Of a DNA stretch of 64,000 bases, positions 37,524 through 51,355 are shown one piece after another. The notes beneath the pieces are model-generated. The model was given only the letters and a program-made list of their open reading frames with translations. It ran no database searches and was not told where the DNA came from. Both the position numbers and the translations under genes were made by a program. Every line of letters begins with the position of its first letter. Position 1 is the first letter of the stretch. The stretch is from Octopus vulgaris. Its lineage: Eukaryota. Location: positions 76,074,001-76,138,000 of the forward strand of contig OX597814.1 in the NCBI GenBank assembly GCA_951406725.2, given 5' to 3'.

Positions 37524-37940
37524 ATAATGGTTTCAAATTTTGCCACAAAGGCAGCAGTTTTGGGGGAGGGGATGAATTGATTACATTGACACTAGTGTTC
37601 AGCTGGTACTTAATTCATCAACCCCAAAAGGATGAAAGGCAAAATCAGCCTCAGCAGAATTTGAACTCCAAATATATGATAATAATAATAATCCTTTCTA
37701 GTAAAGGCATAGGGCCTGAAATTTTGGGTGAGGGGAGTAGTCAATTATATCGACCCCAGTGTTTCACTGGTACTTAATCTATCAACCTCAAAAGGATGAA
37801 AGGCAAAGTCAACCTCGAAGAATTTGAACTCAGAACATAAAGACAGACAAAATGCTGCTAAGCATTTTGCCCAGTGTGCTAACAATTCTGCCAGTTCACT
37901 GCCTTAAATAATGATAATAATGATGATGATGATAATAATA

Positions 37941-38000
<60 letters not shown>

Positions 38001-38535
38001 GTGGCTCTCATGGCTTCTGATCTTAACTGATTGGAAGTGTTATCATGTACATTGTTTTGTCTTGGTATAAAAGATGGGCTACAGCAAATATTCTGCTCAA
38101 TACCACAGATTTGCTTGTCAGTTGTTTGACCTTAACCAGTTGACCATGTCCCTTAGTGGCTGACGATATGTGCATCTCTGATCACGAGCAGAAGTAGTGG
38201 GGGAGCATCATAGCCATGTGTTGAGAGGGATTCTTTGGGGTTTGAATAGTTCACCTCTGGAAACATGGGTGGTTCTTTCAACATCCTTAAACAATCCTTA
38301 TTCAGGGACCTTTTGAGCAGGATGGGCTACTCAACCTGAAGAAAATTCTAACTGGGCCCCACCTGCAAGGTCATGTGCTGTTTATCTTGATATGAGATCA
38401 CCATGTCGCGCACATATGGTTGTGATGCATGTACCTGGTGTACCTTTATCAGACGGGTAGTCATGATGGGTATATTGGGCTTCGTATATTTTACCCCAGT
38501 GTCACTTTGATGGCATGCACTGCTCTTTCACTCAA
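38001..38535 (+). mobile_element. ~550-bp (AAT)n-targeted retroposon, copy 2 (slightly 5'-truncated)
   Basis: Collinear with 43643-44176; (AAT)n flanks. Confidence 0.88.
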
Positions 38536-39609
38536 TACTAATAATAATAAGCCGAAAGCCATAGAGAGTAGCCGAAAGCCATGGAAACACTAATATGACC
38601 CAGTTTAGCAACAGGGAAAAATAACTCTCAAAGACTGGAACATCTACAACACCTCGTGAGTATTTAAAATTCTCTTCAAAATAAGTTAAGAAATTTACAA
38701 ATTTACATATCTACAGCTTTCAAACATACATCTGATCAGCTTTAAAAACTTTAATACCCACAACTGCCTCTGTAAACACCCTTTTTTTTTTCTTCTCTCG
38801 CTTTTCTTTTTGTGGACTTACAAAACCCTAAAACTTTCTATGAAAATCTGACTTTTCTTTGCTTCCTCCCAGAATATTCAAATATAAATGTAAACATATA
38901 CTTTTTATTGCAAAAACACACCTGTTCTTCTAACTGGACATACAAACATCTCTAGAAAAGTCAACTTCAGCCTCCACAAAATTACCTTACACGAAATATA
39001 CAAACACTTTTTATTGCAATAACACAAACGCACATGGAAAAAAAAAATAATGATGCTAAGATTCTCTCTGGTGGAACACAACCTCTCTATTCACAAACAA
39101 TACAGAACAGCCCTTCCTTAATTTCTCTTAAGGCTAATAGTAGTAAACATCTGAACTTTTTTTGATCAATAGGACCCCACCTAAAAAAAAAAAAAAAAAA
39201 TCACTGATGGTGATAGTGATGATGGTGATGATGATAATAATGATAGTAATAGTGCTGATAATCTATCTATCTATCTACACACACACTCAAAGAGTTCAAC
39301 CAACACAAACCTCACCTTGGCTCTATTGTTAACCAAATATGAAAGTATTATTTGACAGGCAAGAACTCTGGTGTTGAAGACAGTCAGCCAGCCAACCACC
39401 AAGCCAGCCAACGAGACAGACAGACACTACTGTGATGGTGATAATGATAAAAAACAAAAATAACAACAATAAGATACTGCTGTGACTACACATAAAACAA
39501 TATCATTGATGATGATGGTGGTGATGGTGATGGTGATGATGATAATGATGATGGTAATGGTGGTGATAGTGATGATAGTGATAATAATGGTGATGATAAT
39601 AACAATAAT

Positions 39610-42600
39610 AAGCCGACTACGGCTGCTATAATGGTACGATTATAATTGTAATGGCAATGATGGCCGTCTCCCCACGAGCCAATCAAAGCTCAAAAATGAT
39701 AACATTATCGTAGCACCAAAATGTTTTTGGAAACTAAAAGGAAAACTAAATCAGTATACCAAATCGCTTGTCCTATGGTTAATCTGGAAGCGCGTCCCCC
39801 AGGGAAGAGCCAGCCTGGGATCGAAAAGTCATCAACTGGCACAAACTCTTCTCCGAATACGGACATGGATGGTCACTTGAACGGGAAATCCCCCAACTCG
39901 AGCCCTCCAAGTTCACCACCACAACGACCACAGAAAGAAAAATGTAAGCGGAACAAATGGACCCGAGAAGAGTATAAAGAAGTAATATACGCTTATTACT
40001 ATGCATTAGGTAGGCCATCTCAAGAGAGACACACCGCAAACTCTTACAGTATATGGAGAACACGGAATCAAGACAGTAGGCCCTATTTGGACGAGAACAA
40101 ATTAGCAAATGTGAGGAGGAATATCCTTAAAAATAACAGACTCACAGACAGTGAAATAAGCGCGATCAAGCACGCAACGGAAAATGACATAAATATAAGA
40201 CACAAAGGAAATGAAGAATCAGATGAACAGTATAGACCGCCACGAGGCTTAATTGAAAGACTGCCATCTGACCAAAGTACGCAGAGGCCTGAAGATACAA
40301 GAAATTCTATTGTACCTGTTAAAGATAGCCAGGAAAACGATAAAACAACAGTAACTGAAGATCTCGCATTTGCTGAAGAACACAGAGAGTCTATGGCAGA
40401 AATGAGGCAGAAAATCCTGAATACACTTGAAGTTGTTAGACATACAAGTATGAATGATAGAGAACCACTTCATAAACTCTCAAATACAAACCAAAATAAA
40501 AAACAAATCCAAATTGGCATCTATGTAACAAATGAAATAATACAAGAATTAGAACCTGATTTTACTGAGTTAAATGAAATTATTTACGCTTCTGCTAGGG
40601 CAATTGAAACCAGCTGTATGCCCCCGAAAAAACAAAGAAAACCAAACCTGTGAAGAAATCAAACCTGGAGAAGTAAAATTGAAAAAGAGATTGAATTTAT
40701 GAGAGGGGAAATATCAATATTAAATGAACTAATATGTGGAAATGATGTAAGATCCAGAACAGGAAGAAAGATGAAGAGAAAATTTGGATCCTCACCAAGA
40801 GAAGAACTGATATCAATAAAAGAAACGCTGAAACAAAAAGTCCAAGCAAAAGCCCAAAGAATACGAAGATTTGAGAAGAGAAACAAGTTTTACAAGCAAA
40901 ATAAGCTGTTCACATCCAATGCCAAAAAATTCTACAGAGAAATAGGGAAGGAGAAAGTAACCGTTAAAGACCCCCTCCCATGGAAGAAGTTCAAAACTTT
41001 TGGAAAAGGATTTGGAGTGACAAGAAGACGTACAACATAAATGCAGATTGGATTATACAAACTGAAGGATCCTACCAAAATTTACAACAACAAGCATGGG
41101 AAGACATCACAATAGCAGACCTAAGAAAGGCACTCACAAAGGCCCATAATTGGAAATCCCCCGGTAAAGATAGGGTGCCGAATTTCTGGCTCGCATCGCT
41201 CCCATGCGCACACGGTAAGCTAGTTCAGCTGCTCAATGGAATTATGAGAGACCCAAAGAAAACACCTGAATGGTTAGCAAGTGGTATTACTTACCTACTC
41301 CCAAAGAATAACGAAACCAACCTTCCAAAAAATTATCGGCCTATAACCTGTCTATCCACCACGTATAAAATCCTAACATCTATCCTGGCGGAGAAAACAT
41401 ATGCATTCATGGAGAAGAACAATATTTTCCCCATTGAACAAAATGGGTGCCGCCAAGGCTCTTACGGATGCAAAGATCAACTGCTAATTAATTGTATGAT
41501 CCTTGAGAACTGTCACAAGCGCAGAAATCTCAGCTCCGCATGGATTGACTATAAAAAGGCCTTCGACTGTATACCGCATCCATGGATCTTGAGATCACTG
41601 GACATCTTCAAAATTTCCCCTGTGATTTCAAACTTCCTGAAGCACAATATGTCATTGTGGAATACGAATCTCCAATTATACCACTCTAATGGAGTACTTG
41701 CCTCAGAAAATATAAACATCAACTGTGGAATTTTTCAAGGTGACTCACTTTCACCTTTAATATTCTGCATAGCCCTAATACCCCTTACAAGTGAATTAAA
41801 CAGAACAGGGTATGGGTATAAAATTGCCAATAAAAAAATAAGCCATCTATTTTATATGGATGACTTAAAACTTTATGGTAAAGACAATAATGAACTTGAA
41901 GGCATATTGCGCACTGTGAAAGCATTCAGCGATGACATCGGGATGGAGTTTGGACTTGAGAAGTGTGCCAAGGCCACTTTCCAGAAAGGGAAACTGAAGA
42001 CCACAAATTCAGTCGTGTTAGATGTTGACACAATCATAAGAGAGCTTGAGCAAGAACAAACATACAAATATTTGGGGATAAATGAAGGCTCTGGTATTCA
42101 GCATGCAAGCATGAAAGAGAAGATCAGGAAGGAATGTTATAGGAGAGTTCGTGCAGTCCTGAAATCTGAACTAAATGCACGTAACAAGGTGTTAGCTATA
42201 AATTCCTTAGCAGTTCAGTTGTTACTTATAGCTACAATGTGTTGAACTGGAATATGGGTGAAGTAAAGAATATAGATAGGAAAATACGCAAGCTGCTGAG
42301 TTGTAATAGGATGCACCACCCAAAGGCAGACGTAGATCGCCTTTACCTTCCCAGAGCCCAAGGAGGTCGAGGCCTGATCCAGTTTGAACTAGCTTACAAA
42401 ACAACCACAATTGGACTGGCCAAATATCTCGAAATAACAAATGACTGGATGCTAAAGCTCGTGGAAAATCATGAGAGACGAAAGAAGCTTCATTCTATCA
42501 TAAAGGAAAGCAAAAAATTTGCTATTGATCTCGTGCAGGATACCCAAACTGAACAACCCGAAGGAAGTACGGCAACTATTGTTGCAAAGAAGGTGAAAAT

Positions 42601-43578
42601 AATGGCAACGAAAAAAGCACACGAGCAATTGGCTGATAGGTGGGAGGAGAAACCTCTGCACGGCAAATATGTGGCCCGCAGCAAACAAGCTGATGTTGAC
42701 CAGAAGCAAACCCATCAGTGGCTACGGAGCTCAGGACTAAAAGCAGTGAGCGAAGGTTTCATCCTAGCTGCTCAAGATCAAAGCCTATTAACCCGGAACT
42801 ACCAGGCCAATGTGATGAAAAATGGAGCAGATCCAAAATGCCGATTCTGCAACGACATGATTGAAACAGTGGATCACCTAATCTCTGGATGTAAAGTCTT
42901 AGCACCAGTGGAGTATAAATTAAGACATGACAGAGTTGGCCAATATCTACACTGGCTAATAAGTCGGCATTACAATATCAAAACTGCCGACAAGTGGTAT
43001 AATCACCACCCTGAGGCTGTAACTGAAGGAGAAAATGTAACCATTCTCTGGGACTTTCCAGTACATACAGACCGAACCATCAAGGCCAATAAACCAGATA
43101 TTGTTGTGAAAGACCAAAACAATAAAGTTTGCTTATTAATCGACATGAGCATCCCCTGTGATCATAATATCTCGGCGAAAGAGTTTGACAAGCTCAGAAA
43201 ATATAAAGACCTACTCATTGAAATTGAGAAAATGTGACATCTCAAGGTGGTTACAATACCAGTGATCGTAGGAGCACTAGGAATGATCAAGAAGGGAACC
43301 GAAAATTATATGAGAATGATCCCTGGCTTACCATCCCTGCAAGAAGTGCAAAAGATTGTCTTAACTGGTACATCACACGTATTGAGAAGAGCATTGTCGA
43401 TGTGAGAACTGTTGCTGCTCATGTATTTTAATTTAACTTTAAAAAAAAAAAAAAAAATGAACGAACTATTGAGTTTGGTTTAATGGCCTACCAATGTATA
43501 CTATGAGTTTCTTTGCCCTAGGAGTCGGGAAGACACTCGGCAAGAAATGGAAGCAAATTTGAAAGAAGAAAAAAAAGT
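39610..43578 (+). mobile_element. Near full-length R4/Dong-clade non-LTR retrotransposon (RT, CCHC, restriction-like endonuclease) in (AAT)n
   Basis: One ancestral ORF (~39721-43404) with 'NYRPITCL', 'WIDYKKAFD', 'GIFQGDSLSP', 'YMDDLK', 'CRFCNDMIETVDHLISGC', 'RHD', 'NKPDIVV'; no APE domain; (AAT)n tail. Confidence 0.95.
39721..43404 (+). pseudogene. Dong/R4 polyprotein broken by two in-frame TGA stops (40651, 43235) and two frameshifts (~40975, ~42215-42240)
   Basis: ORFs 39721 and 40699 are in the same frame. Reading through 43235 continues as HLKVVTIPVIVGALGMIKKG...LRRALSM*, homologous to the end of ORF 35441-36121. Confidence 0.9.
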
Positions 43579-43583
43579 AATAC

Positions 43584-43618
<35 letters not shown>

Positions 43619-43621
<3 letters not shown>

Positions 43622-44173
43622 GCCCTGATGCAGTACCAGGCAGTGGCTCTCATGGCTTCTGATCTTAACTGATTGGAAGTGTTATCATGTACATTGTTTT
43701 GTCTTGGTATAAAAGATGGGCTACAGCAAATATTCTGCTCAATACCACAGATTTGCTTGTCAGTTGTTTAACCTTAACCAGTTTACCATGTCGCTTAGTG
43801 GCTGACGATATGTGCATCTCAGATCACGAGCAGAAGTAGTGGGGGAGCATCATAGCTGTGTGTTGAAAGGAATCCTTAGAGGTTTGGATAATTCATCTTT
43901 GGAAACATGGGTGGTTCTTTCAACATCCTTAAACAATCCTTATTCAGGGACCTTTTGAGCGGGATGGGCTACTCGACCAGAAGAAAATTCTAACTGGGCC
44001 TCACCAGCAAGGTCATGCACTGTTTATCTTGATAAAAGATCACCATGTTGCACACATATGGTTGTGATGCATATGCCTGGTGTACCCTTATCAGACAGGT
44101 AGTCATGATGGGTATACTGGGCTTAGTATATTTTACCCTAGTGTCACTTTGATGGCATGCACTGCTCTCTCAC

Positions 44174-44176
<3 letters not shown>
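43619..44176 (+). mobile_element. ~550-bp (AAT)n-targeted retroposon, copy 3 (full length)
   Basis: Starts AAATGCCCTGATGCAGTACC, as copy 1 does, and ends CTGCTCTCTCACTT-(AAT)n. Confidence 0.88.
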
Positions 44177-44233
<57 letters not shown>

Positions 44234-44538
44234 GTTGTTTCAAATTTTGATACAAAGCCAGCAGTTTTTTGATGAAGAGGGTTTCCTCAATAAAATAAAG
44301 TACCAGTACTTTATTTTATCAACCCCAAAAGGATGAAAGGCAAAGTCAGCCTTGGTGAGATTTGAACTCAGAACATAAAGGGCTGGAAGAAATGCCATTA
44401 AACATTTTGTCTAATGCATTAATGATTTTACTAATTCATGGCCCTAACAATTCTACTAATTCACCATCCTTAACAACAACAACAACAATAATAATAATAA
44501 TAATAGTAATAATAATAGTAATAATAATAGTAATAATG

Positions 44539-44605
<67 letters not shown>

Positions 44606-44607
<2 letters not shown>

Positions 44608-45093
44608 TACATTGTTTTGTCTTGATATAAAAGATGGGCTACAGCAAATATTCTGCTCAATACCACAGATTTGCTTGTCAGTTGTTTGACCTTAACCAGT
44701 TGAGCATGTCCCTTAGTGGCTGACGATATGTGCATCTCTGATCATGAGCAGAAGTAGTGGGGGAGCATCATAGCCATGTGTTGAGAGGGATTCTTTGGGG
44801 TTTGAATAGTTCACCTCTGGAAACATGGGTGGTTCTTTCAACATCCTTAAACAACCCTTATTCAGGGACCGTTTGAGCGGGATGGGCTACTCAACCTGAA
44901 GAAAATTCTAACTGGTTCCCACCTGCAAGGTATTGTGCTGTTTATCTTGATATGAGATCACCATGTCGCGCACATATGGTTGTGATGCATGTGCCTGGTG
45001 TACCTTTATCAGACGGGTAGTCATGATGGTTACATTGGGCTTCGTATATTTTACCCCAGTGTCACTTTGATGGCATGAACTGCTCTCTCACTC

Positions 45094-45095
<2 letters not shown>
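44606..45095 (+). mobile_element. ~550-bp (AAT)n-targeted retroposon, copy 4 (5'-truncated)
   Basis: Same 3' end as the other copies; starts at TGTACATTGTTTTG. Confidence 0.88.
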
Positions 45096-45156
<61 letters not shown>

Positions 45157-45783
45157 CCTTTCTAGCATAAGCACTAGGCTACAAATATGAAGGATAAGGT
45201 TAGTCAGCTAAATCAATAACAATGTTTGACTGGTTACTTTGTTTTATCAATCTACAGAAGAGTGAAAGGCAAAACTAAATTCACCTGAATTTGAACTTAG
45301 AATGTAAAGGACATTAACTAAATAGTGATTTCAGATTTTGTGGGAGGAGTGTAAGTCAACTACATCGACCCCAGTACTCAACTGGTACTTATTTTATCAA
45401 TCCTGAAAAGATGAAAGGCAAAGTCAACCCCAGTGAAATTTGAGCTCAGAACGTAGAGACAGATGAAATACCACTAGGCATTTTCCCCGGCATGCTAATG
45501 ACTCTGCCAGCTCACCACCTTTAAAATATTGATTTCAAATTTTGGTACAAGGCCAGCAATTTCATGGGAAGGGGCTAGTCAATGGCATCAAGCTCAGTGT
45601 TTAACAGGTACTTATCTTATCGACTACAAAAGGATGAAAGGTAAAGTCAACTCAAGCAGAATTTGAACACAGAGATTGAAAACAGAAGGAATGCTGCCAA
45701 ACATTTTGCCTAGTATGCAAATGGTTCTGTATTAACTAAATATTGGAAAGCATTTTATCGAATGTTCTTATGACTGACTTCAC

Positions 45784-45848
<65 letters not shown>

Positions 45849-45899
45849 TTAATAATGATAATAATAACCATGGTAAGAAAACTGGCGTGTGCAGGAGCA

Positions 45900-47430
45900 A
45901 GGAAGAGGAGGTTGGAGAGTAAGCCTATTACCAGATATTAAGTACTGTTCAATGTTTAGCATACACTTGCATTCTATAGTGGGTTATGAATGATGAATGG
46001 CTTAAGTGTTACTATGGAAATACTGTACTTATAGGTCTAGAGGAATTTCAGGGTGAAGATTATAGTTAATTTCTGAAAATTCTTTACCTGGTAATTTTTT
46101 CATCATTTCATCAAGAACAACTGGTACAGGAAAACAAGGAAGCTGAAATAATTACACAGATGCAAATTGCAGTATCTGAGAAATACTATTTGACTTACAA
46201 AGACTGTCTGCCCTGATCTCAAGCCTCCTTCATCTTTTCTTATGTAGTGACTGTCGATATCGATGTTCCTGTGGAAGTTTCCAGTTGATTTCTAGACCTT
46301 GTAGGTTTTGATATGGAATGAATTTCCTCTACAGACCATTCAGGCATCCCAAATGATACTGAAAATACACCGTGAGATGTTATCTTGTTGTAAGATAAGA
46401 ATTCCCATTTTTCTAAGTCTGGTGTAATATTCTCAAGTCATCCTATCTTTATTCACAGCACCTTTGCATATGTTTTCATCAATGCCTAGGTATTTGCAGC
46501 ATTCTATGTGTAGAACAAGAGAGAAAGAGATTCTAGTAATGCAGAGATTCAAGATTAGGGATACTGATTTTCCACATCCAACAAACAAATACAAACCTAT
46601 CTTTTGGCCAAATTCCATTCTTATGTCAATTGAAAATGATGTTAATAAAGACTAGCTGTTTTTTAGCATTGTAAATATTTTTATCATACATCTTCAGGTG
46701 ATCCACAAAGAAATTATGGGTTACATTGGTATCTTTAGCAGTTGCAGATCCTAGCATATAGCCATTGGATATTTTGTTACATAAGTGATAACAAATTTAA
46801 TGCTTAAATGAACAGAAGTGCAGAAAGATTATCTCCTTGGAATATTCCCTTTGAAATATTTATAACATTGGAGATGATCATTCCACTTTCAGTTGTAAGA
46901 GCAAGTCTTTGTGAGCCTCTCAATGGCAGCAAAGTAATTTTTCTAAATGCAGAGACTTCAGTAACCATGAATGAGGAATAGAGTTGAATGCTTTAATTAA
47001 ACCATACTGTCACAAGGTTTATGCACTTTTTTTTTACTTTGGACAGCATCGCTTTGTTTATCTGAAATTGTTCAGTACATCCTCACACACCCTTGTTTCC
47101 ACCTGCCTACTCAACCATCACTGTTGTTGAATTCATAGTGATCCTGGAGGAATTGGTTGAGACATCTTATGTAAAGTTTGTACATAATGTTTATGCATCT
47201 AATGGCCATATAGTTTTCTGCCAAGTTGCTGGTTTCATTCTTGGCCACAACATCTGTCCATGATATAACAAACCAATTTGTTATGTCAATCTGGCCTTCC
47301 ATGCTTCTTTTAAATGTACATATACAATATCCTTCAGCTTCTCAGGCATCAGTTTGGGTGTTGTGCCAAGTACACAACTTATCTCCATTTCTCTAGTTAA
47401 GTCCTGATATTTCTTAATTTTTTTCAATTT
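45900..47430 (-). mobile_element. Old, highly degraded R4/Dong-like RT remnant
   Basis: 'KNETSNLAENYMAIRCINIMYK' (NYRPI-like), 'MEFGQK' and 'KYLGIDEN' parallel the Dong ORF motifs. Confidence 0.65.
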
Positions 47431-47769
47431 CTTAATTATTATTATTATTCTCCTGTGCCTGTGGAATGTAAAAAACATCAACCAATTGTGACCAACGCCA
47501 GTACCCCCTTACTGGTTCCTGTGCCTGTGGCACGTAAAAAGCACCATCCAAACGTGATCATTGCCAGGCCTGCCTTACTGGCTCCTGTGCCAATGGCACC
47601 TAAAAAGCACCCACCACACTCTCAGAGTGGCTGGCGTTAGGAAGGGCATCCAGCTGTAGAAACTCTACCAGACCAAATTGCAGCCTGGTGCAGCCATTGG
47701 TTCTCCAGACCTCAGTCAAATCGTCCAACCCATGCCAGCATGGAAAACAGACATTAATCGATGATGATG

Positions 47770-48587
<818 letters not shown>

Positions 48588-50591
48588 CATCATTATTATC
48601 ATGATTTCAATTCCTAGACAAGGTGGTGCATTGTGTTCTTAAACAAAACACTTCATCTCACATTGCTCCGTAATTACTTCAACACTTGACACATGGTACA
48701 CCATGCATTCAGGCAACATCGATTTGGTGGACAGAGTGGACTAATGTGCAGCACATACGTTTGATCACTACAAACAAATCCTTTGTGCAGGACATTCAGC
48801 AAACACGGAACACTCATACGTCTTCAATGAAAGAGTCCTTCATTGTTTTTCGAGCTGGCAGAATCGTTAGCACACTGGGTGAAATGCGTAGCCGTATTTC
48901 GTCTGCCGTTATGTTCTGAGTTCAAATTCCACCGAGGTTGACTTTGCCTTTCATCCTTTCGGAGTCGATAAATTAAGTACCAGTTACGCACTGGGGTCGA
49001 TGTAATCGACTTAACCCGTTTGTCTGTCCTTGTTTGTCCTCTCTGTGTTTAGCCCCTTGTGGGTAATAAAGAAACATATTATTATTATTATTATTATTAT
49101 TATCATCTCGAATTTTTGCACAAGACCAGCAATTTTTTTTGTTGTGGGGAGATAGTTGATTTTATTGACTTCAGTACATGGTTTTATTTTATCAACCCTG
49201 AAAGGATGAAATGTAAAGTTAATCTCAATGGTATTTGAGCTCCGAACATAAAAAGCCAGAAAAAATGCTACTAAACCAGCAAGAATGATAATTAATTTCA
49301 AGATGAAGCAAATACTATAAGTTCAAGGAATTTTTGAAATGGAAAGATTATGGGGTGAAATATACTCAGAGGGAGCAGGTGAGAGCTAAGCTATTGACAG
49401 GTTATGGTACTGAGTTACATCCCATTTGAGTCTTCAAATTTGGTAAAAAAAAAAGCAATTTCTGGTTGCTTAATATTTGTGAGGATACCATAGAGTCAAT
49501 AGAGTGACAGAGCATTGTCTCAATATTATCATGTTCATTCAAGCATGTACGCATCTTAATGGTCATTAGGCATCAGTCCTAGTAAGCCCATAAAAGAATT
49601 TTTATGCAGTCAAACTGATCACTGATAATAATGATGATGATTACAATTACTACTACTGCTGCTGCTGCTGCTACTACTACTACTACTACTACTACTACTG
49701 CTACTACTACTACTATTATATCGATATTCAATATTCTTAATAAATAAATGCAATATTCAGAACTAAGTCAATTAATGAAATGACAAATTAACCAATTAAT
49801 TAATAAATAATGAATCCATTAATTAAAATCACATCCCAGAAAGAGTGATTACTATGAACTTCCTATTGCAGAGTTTATTTATCAGATTTCAAGGCTTGGT
49901 GTAAAATAAACAAATCATCACCACAAGATAGTAATTTAACAATTATATTCTTGGTGAAGAAAATTAAAGATTGCAGAGGAAGAAAATACGGCTAAAAAAA
50001 AATTAAGAAATTCTGAAAATAGAGTTTTAAAAGATAAAATAACTATTATGCATGTATAAGAAAGGCATGCTTAGGTACAGATTTGGCTGTGTGATGAGAA
50101 TTTTATTCCCAACCCCATGGTTTCAGGTTTAGTCCCACTGCATGGTACCTTGGGCAGGTATCTTCTACTTTGGAAGACCTAAGCCTTGTGAGTAGATTTG
50201 GTAGATAGAAATTGAAAGAAGCCCATCATGTATGTGTGTGTGTGTGTTTGTGTATGTGTGGATGTGTTACTGTCTCCTTGAAATTGTGTGATAGCTGTAA
50301 ACGAGTCTCACTGTCACACAAGTGATGTTATGCATTTCCAATCTGCTGAGACATGTCTGCTGCTCATGGGGAAATATTACCTTAATTAGAAACATGTGAG
50401 AGTTGGCAACACAAAAGGCATCCAGCTGTAGAAAATTTACCTCAAGAAATTCTGTCTAACCCATGCAAGTATGGAAAAGTGGATGTTAATATGATGGTGA
50501 TGATGATGTCATTCATTATAACCCAAGTTTCAAAATCAACCAGTTAAAAAAGAAATTAAAAATACATTTCATATATATATATATATATATA

Positions 50592-51327
50592 TAACTAATG
50601 TAGGATAAATTTTTTTTCAGGAAAAGAATTTTATCAATGGCCAGCATATCAAAAAATACCTTTAAAGGTTAAATTTATAAATAATTTACAAGATAAGGGC
50701 AAAAGAAAAATTCTAATGCCAAATATGCCGAAAAAAAGACAAAACTTTTCAATAACCATTATAATTTATGCATCTCGAAACAAACCGATAGAAATCTCTA
50801 AAAAATTTGTTATTACCGTATTGGTCCAATTTTGGGGTTAATTAATAAATTTTCCCCTCTTCAGTGGCAAATACGCGAGATATAAGTGAAATACTTACTC
50901 ACACCCATGGAAAAAGCAAGCACTAAGTCCAGAGCAGACCTAAGTACCCCAAATATATCCAAAATAGAAAAATTCTTTGGCACATCTCGAGACACGTGTG
51001 ATTCAAACTAGAAACTTTCACAGAATGAGAGAATCCGGAAGTGAAACACTATTCAATTTATAACTAATGTAGGATAAAATTTTTTTCGGGAAAAAAATTT
51101 TATCAATGGCCAGCATATCAAAAAATACCTTTAAATGTATTTGCCGCTGAAGAGGGGAAAATTTATTAATTAACCCCAAAATTGGACCAGTACGGTAATA
51201 ACGAATTTTTTAGAGATTTATATCGGTTTGTTTTGAGACGCATAAATTATAATGGTTATTGAAAAGTTTTGTCTTTTTTTCGGCATATTTGGCATTAGAA
51301 TTTTTCTTTTGCCCTTATCTTGTAAAT
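50592..51327. mobile_element. Tandem-plus-inverted PLE-type element, family F4, inside (TA)n
   Basis: Direct repeat 50592-50666 / 51060-51135 and inverted repeat ~50683-50874 / 51137-51327; (TA)n at both ends. Confidence 0.9.
51141..51198 (+). ncRNA. Type I hammerhead motif with G12>A (mirror at 50813-50870, minus strand)
   Basis: TTGCCG-CTGAAGA-GGGG...CCCC-AAAA-TTGG a CCAG-TA-CGGTAA. Confidence 0.75.
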
Positions 51328-51355
51328 ATATATATTTATATATATATATATATAT

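Noticed and set aside
38210-38345. Hammerhead-like pieces in the (AAT)n retroposon (CCATGT-GTTGAG ... GAAACATGG ... CTCAAC-CTGAAGA; also CTGACGA at 38160)
   Set aside because: There is no unpaired H17 residue and no convincing stem II, GTTGAG has a better local partner (TTCTTTCAACA), and the 43.9 kb copy lacks CTGAAGA. Worth rechecking only if the 51.4 kb scrambled fold is validated.
39610-39720. HDV-like ribozyme in the Dong 5' UTR (CGT-CTCCCC-ACG hairpin)
   Set aside because: Could not find the P1.1 GG, P2 or the catalytic J4/2 strand by eye.
40651-40653. In-frame TGA codons (40651, 43235) as selenocysteine or programmed read-through
   Set aside because: 43235 aligns to Trp in the paralogous ORF (KMW), and the element also has frameshifts, so these are ordinary nonsense mutations.
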